Shown here: positions 19,890-29,489 of the stretch, piece by piece
Numbering within the stretch: the stretch's first letter is position 1
How the letters are laid out: the number at the start of each line of letters is the position of its first letter
Assembly: GCA_046313635.1 (NCBI GenBank)
Contig: JBKBYA010000004.1
Span: 96,001 to 160,000 of the forward strand
Origin: Pyrinomonadaceae bacterium
Lineage (GTDB): Bacteria; Acidobacteriota; Blastocatellia; Pyrinomonadales; Pyrinomonadaceae
DNA: 64,000 nt
Direction: 5' to 3'
Notes under the pieces: generated by a model
What the model saw: the letters and a program-made list of their open reading frames with translations, nothing else
Databases searched by the model: none
Told to the model about the DNA's origin: nothing
Made by a program: the position numbers and the translations under genes

Positions 19890-22064
19890 ATGGACACCAA
19901 ACGATTACTAAAAGCGATATTGTCCGCCGGCCTCTTTGCGATCGCCTGTCCGGCGCTTTCGATCATGATCGTGCGGGCCCAGTCATCGACGACGCAGTCG
20001 AACGAGACTGGCAGCGGCAATTACACCGTGAGGTCCAGCGTCGAGGTCGGATATCGCGGCATAGAGATAAACGGCGACGCGCTGAAATTCAAGAGCGATC
20101 TCAACTACAAGGCCGGCGTGCGGATCTTTGACTCGAGCTTTTTGATCGACGATAAGACCCGTTCGCCCTACAAGCTCTTTGACACCGCCTTTATGTCGGC
20201 GAGCGGCTGGGGGGCCGATCCGACCGGGTCGTTCAGGCTCAAGATGGACAAGAGCGGGATCTACAAGTTCGACTCGAACGTGAGACGCGTCCGGTACTTC
20301 AATAACCTGAACAATTTTGCCCTGCGATGGTCGGACACTCTCGGGCGCTCGGAGCATCAGGCGAACACGCTTCATCACTTTGGCGACTTTGATCTCACGA
20401 TCCGTCCCGAGAGCGAGACGCTTAGAGTGAAGCTCGGATATTCGTTCAACAACACCAGCGGTCCCGGAACGTGGACGCTGCGCTTTCCCTCAAGCCGCGG
20501 CGACGAGTTTCAAGTGAGCTCCGACACCAAGAACCGTTCGCACGACCTGCGCGCCGGCGTCGAGGGCAAACTGCTCGGCTTTAACCTCGGCGTGATGTAC
20601 GGACGCCGGAGCTTTACAGACAAGTCGAGGCTGTTTCTCGATACGTTCAGTCCCGGCAACAACCAGACCGACAATATCCGGCTGAACAGCATGACCCGCC
20701 GCTGGCCGACACGCGGCAACGCCGATTGGGGAAATTTCTTTATCCAGCGGACGTTTGCCAAAGTGTTTGACCTCACGGGACGCTTTGTCTACTCGGAGTC
20801 GAGATCAAAATTCGACATCGAGGACATGCTCAACGGCCGCAATTCGGCCAACGACTTTGTCGATCTGGACCTTATCCAGGCCTCGGGCGTCAACAAACGG
20901 CCGCAGGCGCGCGGCGATATCGGATCGACGTACCGTGTGACGGACGACTTCCGCATCTCGAATACGTTCACGTTCGATCAATTCAGCATCGGCGGGGCAA
21001 ACAACTTCATCGAGGCGATCACCAGCCGCACCTCGGCGGGCGTCAACAACTCGTCGGTCGCGCGGACGTACAGCTGGCGGACGACGTCATACCGGCGCTT
21101 CAGCAATCTGCTGGAGGGCGATTATCAGGTCAACCGCGCGTTTGCCTTCAATCTCGGATGGCGATACACGCAGCGCAAGGTCGGGATCGGCGGCATCGAC
21201 ACCAACCTGATCACGCTGGCGGTAACGCTGCATCCGCTCGAGGAACACGAGAACACGACCAACACGCTTATCGTCGGCACCAAGATCAAGCCGACAAAGA
21301 ACTGGTCGGTCTATGCCGACCTCGAGCGCGGTCAGTCGGACAGCGTATTTACGAGGCTGGCAAATAACGACTACTGGAGCTTTAGGGTGCGCAGCCGTGC
21401 CGCGACGAGGCAGTTTGCTCTCAACCTGTCGGCGACGGTTCGCAACAACGACAATCCCGGTACGACCGTCGCGCAGACAAACGTCCCGTCGTTCGAGTCG
21501 ATCGCGCGGACGCGAAGCCGATACTTCTCCGGCAGCTTTGACTGGACGCCGAGGAGCGAGTTCTCGCTGAGTACCGGCTACACCTACAACCACGTCGACA
21601 GCAACGTCGATATCATCGTGCCCGTCGGGCCGCCGGTCGGCTCGACCACGCCCTCGACGTCGTTCTATCGCGGACTGAGCCAATACTTCGTTCGCGACAG
21701 CTACTTCTTCTTTGACGTCACGGCGCGGCCGGTCAGGCGGGTCTCTTTCTACGCAAGCTACCGCATCAATGACGATCGCGGACAGGGCGATCGCGTTCCT
21801 ACGGCGGGTTACAACTTTATCTCGTCGTACCCGCTGCGATACCAGACGCCCGAGGCAAGACTTGCGATCAGACTGACGAAGAACGTCGATTGGAATGTCG
21901 GCTACCAGTACTACGATTACAAGGAAAAACCCGTGGTCTATACCTTCTTGCCGGCCGCGACGCCGTCGCAGTTCCTTTTGCCGTTCAACGCTCAGAACTA
22001 CAACGCTCACCTGCCGTACACCTCGATCCGCATCCACTGGGGAGCGAGAGAGGACGCCCGGTAA
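19890..22064 (+). CDS. Outer-membrane beta-barrel, MtrB/PioB-like partner of the decaheme cytochrome
   Basis: Signal peptide, 724 aa of amphipathic aromatic-rich beta strands, 15 bp after the decaheme gene with a GAGGAGG RBS. Confidence 0.75.
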   Translation: MDTKRLLKAILSAGLFAIACPALSIMIVRAQSSTTQSNETGSGNYTVRSSVEVGYRGIEINGDALKFKSDLNYKAGVRIFDSSFLIDDKTRSPYKLFDTAFMSASGWGADPTGSFRLKMDKSGIYKFDSNVRRVRYFNNLNNFALRWSDTLGRSEHQANTLHHFGDFDLTIRPESETLRVKLGYSFNNTSGPGTWTLRFPSSRGDEFQVSSDTKNRSHDLRAGVEGKLLGFNLGVMYGRRSFTDKSRLFLDTFSPGNNQTDNIRLNSMTRRWPTRGNADWGNFFIQRTFAKVFDLTGRFVYSESRSKFDIEDMLNGRNSANDFVDLDLIQASGVNKRPQARGDIGSTYRVTDDFRISNTFTFDQFSIGGANNFIEAITSRTSAGVNNSSVARTYSWRTTSYRRFSNLLEGDYQVNRAFAFNLGWRYTQRKVGIGGIDTNLITLAVTLHPLEEHENTTNTLIVGTKIKPTKNWSVYADLERGQSDSVFTRLANNDYWSFRVRSRAATRQFALNLSATVRNNDNPGTTVAQTNVPSFESIARTRSRYFSGSFDWTPRSEFSLSTGYTYNHVDSNVDIIVPVGPPVGSTTPSTSFYRGLSQYFVRDSYFFFDVTARPVRRVSFYASYRINDDRGQGDRVPTAGYNFISSYPLRYQTPEARLAIRLTKNVDWNVGYQYYDYKEKPVVYTFLPAATPSQFLLPFNAQNYNAHLPYTSIRIHWGAREDAR

Positions 22065-22083
22065 ACCGGTCAACCAACCAGCT

Positions 22084-22188
22084 AAGAGGCCGCCTCAAAA
22101 GGGCGGCCTCTTCCATTTGGCCGTGCCGCCGCGGGCTCGTGCGCCTGACCAAATGAACAAGAGGCTGCCTATTCAGACAGCCTCTCTT
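22084..22188. terminator. Two hairpins between convergent cytochrome-cluster genes
   Basis: aagaggccgcc-tcaaaag-ggcggcctctt (22084-22112) and aagaggctgcct-attc-agacagcctctct (22159-22187). Confidence 0.65.
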
Positions 22189-22229
22189 TGTCGAGAGATC
22201 AGCGATCGCGCCCGTTCAGCCGTTCAGCT

Positions 22230-23090
22230 TCAAAACCTAAATCTATTCCCCTGATGGCATCGCTTGCAGTTGGCAAAGTCTTCGGCCCCGAAGGCTCGTG
22301 TGCCGTTGTGACAGGCGTAGCAGCTTGAGGCGCCGCCGCCGCGGGCAAAGTGCATCGCGGGTGCAGGTGACGAGACCTGGCGGCCCCGGGGGCCCGGGCG
22401 GACGGTGTGGCAGACCGCGCAGCTCAGACGCGCGCCCTGCACGTGGCGCGAGTGGCTAAAGTTTATCCGGTACGCACGCGAAGACTCGGACGTCCAGTTG
22501 GGGCGGCCCTCGACGTGGCACGTGCCGCACGACGCGAACGAATTTGGCGACGACGACGTGTGGCACTTAAAGCACGTGTCGTGCGCCGAGCCGTCGCTCG
22601 GGATGCTGAGTGCGACGCCGCGCCGCGAGGGCGTGTGACAGACCGAGCAATTCACACGCGCGTGACGGGTGTGTTCAAACCGCGTCGCAAAGCTGCGCAG
22701 CGGCGGGAAGCGCTTCATCGCTCCCGTTCGTGCGTCGGTATGGCAGATCGTGCAGATCGGGCTGGTGCTGTCGGCAAACTGCGGCGCGTGGCAGCCCGCG
22801 CACGGCGAATGCGCGTCCTTGCCCGGAAAGCCGATCCGCCCCGAGTTGGTGTCGCGGCGATGGCACAGCAGGCACGGCATCCGCGAGTGGTAAGAGCTGC
22901 TGTGATCAAAGCGTGAAAGGTCGCCCGTCTGCTCGTGCTCGCCTGCCTCGCTCGTCGGCGACGCGACGGACATCGTCGTCGTCACAGGCGAGACGCCGTA
23001 AAAGACGCCGATCAGCCCCGCCGCCAATATCGCCGGCAAAAGCCGCCGCACGCGCCGCGTCGAGGTCGGTTCGTTTGCCGCTGTTTTCAT
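22230..23090 (-). CDS. Nonaheme cytochrome of three c7/c3-like triheme domains
   Basis: Nine CxxCH motifs in three groups, each preceded by F-x-H-x(2-4)-H; N-terminal signal/anchor. Confidence 0.85.
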   Translation of the reverse strand: MKTAANEPTSTRRVRRLLPAILAAGLIGVFYGVSPVTTTMSVASPTSEAGEHEQTGDLSRFDHSSSYHSRMPCLLCHRRDTNSGRIGFPGKDAHSPCAGCHAPQFADSTSPICTICHTDARTGAMKRFPPLRSFATRFEHTRHARVNCSVCHTPSRRGVALSIPSDGSAHDTCFKCHTSSSPNSFASCGTCHVEGRPNWTSESSRAYRINFSHSRHVQGARLSCAVCHTVRPGPRGRQVSSPAPAMHFARGGGASSCYACHNGTRAFGAEDFANCKRCHQGNRFRF

Positions 23091-23126
23091 CCGTCTCGTT
23101 CCGCCTGCACGGAAGTTCCCGAATGT

Positions 23127-23169
23127 ATTTTATTGCCCGCCAACCCCCGAGGCCGTGACTCCCGTCACA
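23127..23169 (-). promoter_or_regulatory. Putative class II CRP/FNR-activated promoter of the nonaheme gene
   Basis: CGTGA-CTCCCG-TCACA (23154-23169) and minus-strand TAAAAT -10 at 23132-23127, placing the box centre at -41.5. Confidence 0.7.
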
Positions 23170-23545
23170 GTGGTCAGTGGTCAGTGGTCAGTGGTCAGTG
23201 GTCAGTGGTCAGTGGTCGGTAGGCGGTAGCCAGTAGTCGGTAGCCAGTAGTCGGTAGCCAGTAGTCGGTAGCCAGTAGTCGGTAGCCAGTAGTCGGTAGC
23301 CGGTAGCCGGTAGCCGGTAGCCGGTAGACAGTAGCCGGTAGACAGTAGCCGGTAGTCAGTAGTCAGTAGTCAGAAATCCGCAATCCGAAATCCGCAATCC
23401 GAAATCGAATGGTCCGCAATCCGCAATCCGAAATCCGAAATCGAATGGTCCGCAATCGAATGGTCCGCAATCGGAATTCTGCATCTCGATTTACCATTTA
23501 CCATTTACCATTTACCGCTTACCGCTTACCACTTGCCGCTTACCT
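23168..23545. repeat. Compound heptamer tandem repeat tract
   Basis: 7x CAGTGGT then CGGTAGC/CAGTAGT variants (about 29 in-phase 7-mers to 23370), AATCCGC/AATCCGA units at ~23375-23475, and TTACCAT/TTACCGC units at ~23490-23545. Confidence 0.95.
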
Positions 23546-24297
23546 CACCTCCTGCCCTTCGGCAGCGGGATGAGCATCGAGACCTCGCGTTGGTAGTCCT
23601 CGTAGGCCTGACCGTGAAAGCCGACGAGGTCGCGCTCTTCGAGCTGTATCGCGAAGACGATATACGCGGTCGTCATCGCCGCAAAGAGCAGGTGCCCGAC
23701 GGTCATATGCGGCGTCGCCCAAAAGGCGATGATAAAGCCCAGCATGATCGGGTGACGGACAACCTTGTAAAAGAGCCGCTTCACAAAGGGCACGTGCGTG
23801 TACTCGCGCCCGCGCAGGTTGAGCCACACCTGCCGCAGGCCAAAGAGCTCAAAGTGATCGATCAGAAATGTCGACACCAGCACCATCGCCCAGCCGAGCG
23901 CAAAGAGCGCCCACAGCACGGCGCGGCCCGCTTCGTTCTCGACCGACCAGACCGTGCGCCACATCGGCCGCCATTGCCAAAACAGAAGTATCAGCGCGAG
24001 GCTCGACAGCAGCACGTACGTGCTCCGCTCGATCGCCTTTGGGACGACACGCGTCCACACACGCTTGAACTCGGGGCGCGCCATCACGCTGTGCTGCACC
24101 GCAAAGATCGCCAGCAGCAGAGCGTTCACCGCCAGCCGCGACCACCCCGTGCTGCCCAGACTACTCTCAGGCACCCCGACATCGATCGACTTGGGCACCA
24201 CCAGGTTCCCCACAAACCCGATCGCATACAAAAAGGTCACAAAAAAAACGAGGTAGCTCACCACCCCGTACAAAAACGCGAGAAGACGTCCCATCAC
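23545..24297 (-). CDS. mddA: Methanethiol S-methyltransferase (ICMT-like membrane protein)
   Basis: FAVQHSVMARP.FKR.W, IERSTYVL, WQWRP, HFELFGLRQV, VRHPIMLGF and LEERDL motifs. Confidence 0.85.
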   Translation of the reverse strand: MMGRLLAFLYGVVSYLVFFVTFLYAIGFVGNLVVPKSIDVGVPESSLGSTGWSRLAVNALLLAIFAVQHSVMARPEFKRVWTRVVPKAIERSTYVLLSSLALILLFWQWRPMWRTVWSVENEAGRAVLWALFALGWAMVLVSTFLIDHFELFGLRQVWLNLRGREYTHVPFVKRLFYKVVRHPIMLGFIIAFWATPHMTVGHLLFAAMTTAYIVFAIQLEERDLVGFHGQAYEDYQREVSMLIPLPKGRR

Positions 24298-24319
24298 AGA
24301 AATCCCTCCTCTTTGTCCT

Positions 24320-24422
24320 TCTGCCGTCTGACCGCCGACTGCCTATCGCTGCGTGCTGTCTCCGTCTACCGACTACCGTCCACCGACCACCGACCACTGA
24401 CCACCGACCACCGTCTGCCGCC
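24320..24422. repeat. Heptamer tandem repeat, inverted relative to the 23168-23370 tract
   Basis: ctaccga-ctaccgt-ccaccga-ccaccga-ccactga-ccaccga-ccaccgt are reverse complements of the CGGTAG/CAGTGG units. Confidence 0.85.
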
Positions 24423-24561
24423 CGCCTTTATATTTCAGAAGGGAAGGGATGTCAATGAGAACCAATTGCAGTCCCAAACGGGATCCGGCATTAGGTTAAT
24501 CTCTTCGAACGCTGCAAATGGGGGATCAATTCAAATTGTCACCGACGCATGATCGGTACAC

Positions 24562-26898
24562 CTAATTTAGCTGTGCATCTATGCTCTGAACGAGAGACTC
24601 GAATTGTTTCGGGTCGTTGTTCTTGATCATATCGATCACTATGATCGCGCATTGTTCAGCCTCCTCAATGTCAATTGGAAGCCACGCACGATCCAGCGAT
24701 GTTAGGTGGGAGTACTCATTGATTACGCGGTTTAACAATGCGGGAACATTCCCGTCAAAAACCTTCTTGAGGTTGCTCATTAACGAAAGCGAATTTGGGA
24801 AACGGTAAAAGAGATAACACTCAAGGAATTTCCGAAGATTGTTAGAGAAGCTATAAAACGTACTATACGAGTTGGAGAGATCTAATTTCTTTTCCCCCTT
24901 CGCTGACTGATAAACCCGATACACCTCTTCGAATAAAAAATTGAATTCGGTAACATATTCGCGCAAATGCGCCGGCATCGGCTTGATGAAAGAACGTCGA
25001 TCAGATGCCATATGCCGCCGTTCTACGAGGAAGTAATTAGCTCCTCGGGCGGTGGTTGTAAGTTTCTTCAAATACTTTAGAAACTCAAGATTGTGAGTTG
25101 AGATGAACAATTGCCGGTAGTTTTTCGGCTCGGCGATTTTAGATTCAATAAGGCTAAATATTAGAAATATGTGGCTACTATCCAGCGAAGAGATCGGGTC
25201 GTCGATAAACACAATCGTGTCTTCCCCCAACTCATCTCTTAAAGTCGCCACGAAGTAACAAAATGAGATCAGGCTGCATTCACCCTCACTGAGGTTCCGC
25301 GCTTCTTTACCTCCCCTAGTTACCCTAAACTTCGCCCCGGACGTTTCGCTGATAACTTCGAGATGAAGGTGGTCGTGTCCAAATGACCTCTCTATGTACT
25401 CATTCACCAGCTTCGCTCCAAGCCTTTCGTCTTTTGTCGACGCTTCTAGCCGCTCCTTTTCGGCCGTCAGCGATTCAGCCTTGGAAAGAAGTGCCTCACG
25501 CCTTTTCCCTAATTTCTTAATTTCGGATTCAAGTTCGCTGATCTCAAGCAATCTTTCCTCATAGCCAATCTCGATCAGGAACTCAGCGACCTCGGAAAGC
25601 CGTAGCTTCTCACGTGCCAGCGTCCGCGCAGTATCCAAACTATTGGAATGGCCATTATTGGAATCAACGAGTTCATTCAGTTCGTCAATCAAAAGCGCCA
25701 ACTCGTCATCAGTTGGTGCGAACGGGGAAAACTCAACGGTCTGAAAAATTGATTCCTTGCGAGCAGAAAGTGCTGAAACCAGGGCGAGGAGTCGAGACTC
25801 ATAACGCGATTTTAATTCAGTCAATCTCGTCTGCAGCGACTCCCAACGGCCACGGTGCGACTCATAGAAACCTGATCTGTCAGGCAGTTGAAATAAGCGT
25901 AGTACATCGCCCATTCTATCGGCCCTTTCTAAAAGCGCATCAATCTCCTTAGCAAGGTCGTCAGACTCTGCTGTAAAATGCCCGTCGAGTTTGGTCCATA
26001 AATCATCACTTAGTCTTGAGCTGCAGAACCCGCAAGTTTCGCGTTTGTCCCTATGCAGCGTAATTCCCGATCTAACCCAACTCTGAAGCAGATCGTTATT
26101 GATGAGGTCGAGGATCTGCTCTGTTGGTTTTATTTCTCTGGTTACGCTCGATGCAGTAGCCAACTCAAGCTCCGCGATATCGACTTTCGGTTTGGCAACG
26201 CGATCTAATCCGGGCAACTTTTCTTCACGAAGTTCTCTTCGCAGGCTGTCTTTTTCTGTCGGGGTTAGAATGCTGTTCGCGTCAACATTCTTGATGTCTT
26301 CTTTGATACGAGTAATGTTGTAAGTAACGACGTCAAAAGTGGCTGTGTCCTCTTTGACCCGTCTGGCTTTGGCCGTCAGAGACGAGTCCAGTTCTCGCTT
26401 TCGTCTTTCCAGTTCATCGTTCTTCGGCTTCAGCTCTTCTGCGAATTTAACCAGCTCGCCGCGAACGCCGGTCCGGTCCTCGACACTGCCAAGCTCTTCT
26501 GCCAACTCGCGGAGTCGCTTTTCGGTCGCCACGTTTTGTGCTCCGAGGACCGCGAATGCTTTTATCGTGCCGTCGTCGTTACGCAGCCATCCAAGGTTCT
26601 CTTTTACGAAATCACTGTTATAGACCTTGATCTTGAGTGTTGACAGAAGTTCCGTGAGGTTCGCGTCCGTGATTGTCGAGCCGTCCTCGAAGGTCACTCG
26701 AAATTGTGCATCTTCGTAATCACAATGAATTTTCTTGTCGCCTAGGCACTTCAGTATCCGCGAGATTGTCGTCTTGCCGGAATAGTTGCGACCGTAAATG
26801 ATGTTGACCTTACCGAACGATTTGTCCTGTCCGAGTGATTCGTTCCAGTCGAAGTCCCGATAAAGCCCGAAGTTGGCGATGTCAATCTTTGTGATCAT
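24562..26898 (-). CDS. RloC-like AAA (SMC/ABC ATPase) protein with zinc hook and C-terminal HEPN-like motif
   Basis: Walker A GRNYSGKT, coiled coil with CGFC, signature LSEGE, Walker B FIDDPISSLD, STHN switch, C-terminal RVINEYSH. Confidence 0.8.
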   Translation of the reverse strand: MITKIDIANFGLYRDFDWNESLGQDKSFGKVNIIYGRNYSGKTTISRILKCLGDKKIHCDYEDAQFRVTFEDGSTITDANLTELLSTLKIKVYNSDFVKENLGWLRNDDGTIKAFAVLGAQNVATEKRLRELAEELGSVEDRTGVRGELVKFAEELKPKNDELERRKRELDSSLTAKARRVKEDTATFDVVTYNITRIKEDIKNVDANSILTPTEKDSLRRELREEKLPGLDRVAKPKVDIAELELATASSVTREIKPTEQILDLINNDLLQSWVRSGITLHRDKRETCGFCSSRLSDDLWTKLDGHFTAESDDLAKEIDALLERADRMGDVLRLFQLPDRSGFYESHRGRWESLQTRLTELKSRYESRLLALVSALSARKESIFQTVEFSPFAPTDDELALLIDELNELVDSNNGHSNSLDTARTLAREKLRLSEVAEFLIEIGYEERLLEISELESEIKKLGKRREALLSKAESLTAEKERLEASTKDERLGAKLVNEYIERSFGHDHLHLEVISETSGAKFRVTRGGKEARNLSEGECSLISFCYFVATLRDELGEDTIVFIDDPISSLDSSHIFLIFSLIESKIAEPKNYRQLFISTHNLEFLKYLKKLTTTARGANYFLVERRHMASDRRSFIKPMPAHLREYVTEFNFLFEEVYRVYQSAKGEKKLDLSNSYSTFYSFSNNLRKFLECYLFYRFPNSLSLMSNLKKVFDGNVPALLNRVINEYSHLTSLDRAWLPIDIEEAEQCAIIVIDMIKNNDPKQFESLVQSIDAQLN

Positions 26899-26919
26899 AG
26901 GAGGGTGAAGCCGTGCGCT

Positions 26920-29484
26920 CTAGACCGCCAGTACCTTCGTCGATTCTTCACCGTACTGACTTATCACGCGCACAGCGATCTTTTGGCCTTTGCGTTTGAT
27001 CTTGATCGGGTGGGATTGGAAGCCGTAGATTCGGTCAAAGGCTTCTTCGTCGATCTCGATCTTTAGTGTCTTTTCGGCTCGCTGGCGGGTTTTGTCTTTG
27101 GCCAGGGTGTCGATGCCTTTTTTCCATTTAGCGAACTCGTCGCGGTCGCCGCCGCAGAAAAAGACTTGGCGGACGACGAAGTTGCTGCCGTCGTAGTCGT
27201 CGTCGACCATCCAGTAGGCGATGTCGTGGAGGTCGCGGGGTTTTACTTCATCCTTGATCGGATCGTAAATGTCGAGGCCGCGGATCTCGACGGTAGCAGC
27301 GTCGCCGTCAACGTGAGCCACGATATCGGGTTCACCGATGGTGACGAATGACGCCGCTGACTTGGCCGGTTTCTTCTTTAACCCGTCCTGAAGCAGGTCG
27401 TCATGGATTCGCGCCCGAGTGACTTCAAAACTGCCCATCGAAGTCGTCTGCGTGCTTCCCTCGATATCGCTCTCAAAGCTGAAGCCAAGAATGACCAACC
27501 ATTGCGCGTCGCCGCGTGCGCGGCACTCCTTGATCGCTTCGTTAACGGCGTTCTTTGAGACGGTGCCGAATTTGGGGCCGATGTGGAAGTAAGCCTTTTT
27601 CTCACCGACACCGTTCTGATAAAAGCCTTCGGCATGCAGGTGTTCGCCGGCGAGTATCTCTACGCGGCTGAATGTCACCTGCTGGTCCTTGCGGCCGTTC
27701 TTTATGCCGGTGGCCAGGAGGTGGTCCTTTATTACCTGTTCAAAATCCTCGCCATTGACCATCTTTTCGTCGGCCAATTCTCCTGGCGATACCGGCTCGA
27801 AGTTCTGCAGCGTCTCGACCGTGAAAGGACCGCTGACGCGCATTTTCTTTGCATCAATTTCCGGCCGGTCGTAGAGGGTTTCTTTTACCATTGGTTCATC
27901 ATTCACGAGTGATCCAAGGGTTATGTGTGGGACGGTTTTGTAAATGAATCCTTGACGAATATCACGTGATTTCTCGTCGTACAGTTTGTAGTAGGGAAAT
28001 ACGGCAGTCATCAGCCTAGATTTTGCGATATTGAGGGCAATTCGGCTCGTGTCTGTAGTAATCCAACGTCTACCAAACTGTTCGGCAACGAACGCAGTAG
28101 TGCCGCTGCCGCAAGTAGGGTCGAGCACCAGATCACCCGGATCCGTCGTCATTAAAAGGCAACGTTGGACTACTTCTAAATTCGTTTGTACAACGTATTT
28201 TGCTTTTGTTGCACCGCTAGTATCGGCCCACAGATTCGTCAATTTCATTACAGGGTAGTCGTCATGAAACAGTACGTACCGCAATGAATTCCCAGAACGA
28301 AATAGGCGTCCAAGCGACTTCAGAGTATTCATTCCGTTTAGGTCGGTTTTCCAGCAGACACCACCTGGCACGTCGTATGTGACACCCTCGAACTCAAATC
28401 TGAAATCCTGATTCTTTCTATACTGAGCTGGCTGCAAAGATGTTGGCGAAAAGATTCTTGCGCCCTTAGGAAGCAACTTGTTATTGAGCCACTCTTCTTT
28501 TGTAAGTCGACGCCTGGTGCCGTCCGGCAACTCAACATGTGACCATGTACTATCGCCATCCGTCGGCTTTTCCTTGAAAACAGGTCGGGTTTTAATTGCC
28601 TCGCGGCTCCTGCAGTACCATAGCAAGTAGTCTGAAACACTCTCGGTAACATCCGACCCCATCGGCATGAGCTTTTTCCTAAACGTAATTAAGGAACAAA
28701 AATTCTCACTACCGAAAACTTCATCCATTACATTCCTCACGAGATGCACATTCTCGTCAGATATCTGGACAAAGCAGCTCCCGCTTTCGCTTAATAGCTC
28801 CTTCGCGATTAGTAGCCGGTCGCGGATGTATGAGAGGTACGAATGAATGCCAAGTTCCCACGTGTCGCGAAACGCCTTGATCACCTCGGGCTCGCCAGTT
28901 AAATCTTCATCACTATCTTTAACCGTCCGATTATTAATCTTGATCTGCCAGTTCGACCCGTACTTAATGCCGTAGGGCGGGTCCATATAGATCATCTGTA
29001 CCTTCCCAGCCATCCCTTCGCGTTCGAGCAAAGACGCCATCACCAGATGGCTGTCACCCTGTATCAAGCGGTTCGTCCACCCGTCGTGGTGCGAGTAGTA
29101 ATCGGAAACCTTTTCGAGCTCATCCTTGTCCAGCGCGTTTCCAAATAGATCGTTGACACTGGCGAAAAGGTCGCTCTGTGGCGAGTCGTCCTCAACCACG
29201 CGGTACAGATTCTTGATCAACGTCTCGGGAGCAATATGCTCATGCCTGTACAGCGAACGAATATCGACACGTAGCAGATCCTCACGGTCGTCGTTGCCGT
29301 ACTTGTTCATCCAAAAAAGCTCCGGGTCCTGCCCGCGAGTGACCACGGGATTCTTCGGAAGCTCCAGGATTTTGCGACCTGACCGAACCTTCTGGTTACC
29401 GTCCTCATAGCCGGCTTCTTCTTTGCTGGGGATGAAAGCCCGCTTGTCTTTAACGTGCTTGATGCTGTCGATCTTTTTGGTCAT
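26920..29484 (-). CDS. Type III restriction-modification DNA methyltransferase (Mod)
   Basis: DPPY catalytic motif preceding [14 protein letters not shown] motif (beta-class order). Confidence 0.9.
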   Translation of the reverse strand: MTKKIDSIKHVKDKRAFIPSKEEAGYEDGNQKVRSGRKILELPKNPVVTRGQDPELFWMNKYGNDDREDLLRVDIRSLYRHEHIAPETLIKNLYRVVEDDSPQSDLFASVNDLFGNALDKDELEKVSDYYSHHDGWTNRLIQGDSHLVMASLLEREGMAGKVQMIYMDPPYGIKYGSNWQIKINNRTVKDSDEDLTGEPEVIKAFRDTWELGIHSYLSYIRDRLLIAKELLSESGSCFVQISDENVHLVRNVMDEVFGSENFCSLITFRKKLMPMGSDVTESVSDYLLWYCRSREAIKTRPVFKEKPTDGDSTWSHVELPDGTRRRLTKEEWLNNKLLPKGARIFSPTSLQPAQYRKNQDFRFEFEGVTYDVPGGVCWKTDLNGMNTLKSLGRLFRSGNSLRYVLFHDDYPVMKLTNLWADTSGATKAKYVVQTNLEVVQRCLLMTTDPGDLVLDPTCGSGTTAFVAEQFGRRWITTDTSRIALNIAKSRLMTAVFPYYKLYDEKSRDIRQGFIYKTVPHITLGSLVNDEPMVKETLYDRPEIDAKKMRVSGPFTVETLQNFEPVSPGELADEKMVNGEDFEQVIKDHLLATGIKNGRKDQQVTFSRVEILAGEHLHAEGFYQNGVGEKKAYFHIGPKFGTVSKNAVNEAIKECRARGDAQWLVILGFSFESDIEGSTQTTSMGSFEVTRARIHDDLLQDGLKKKPAKSAASFVTIGEPDIVAHVDGDAATVEIRGLDIYDPIKDEVKPRDLHDIAYWMVDDDYDGSNFVVRQVFFCGGDRDEFAKWKKGIDTLAKDKTRQRAEKTLKIEIDEEAFDRIYGFQSHPIKIKRKGQKIAVRVISQYGEESTKVLAV

Positions 29485-29489
29485 GACTA

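Noticed and set aside
23168..23545. Possible CRISPR array
   Set aside because: Contiguous 7-bp units with no unique spacers and no cas genes.
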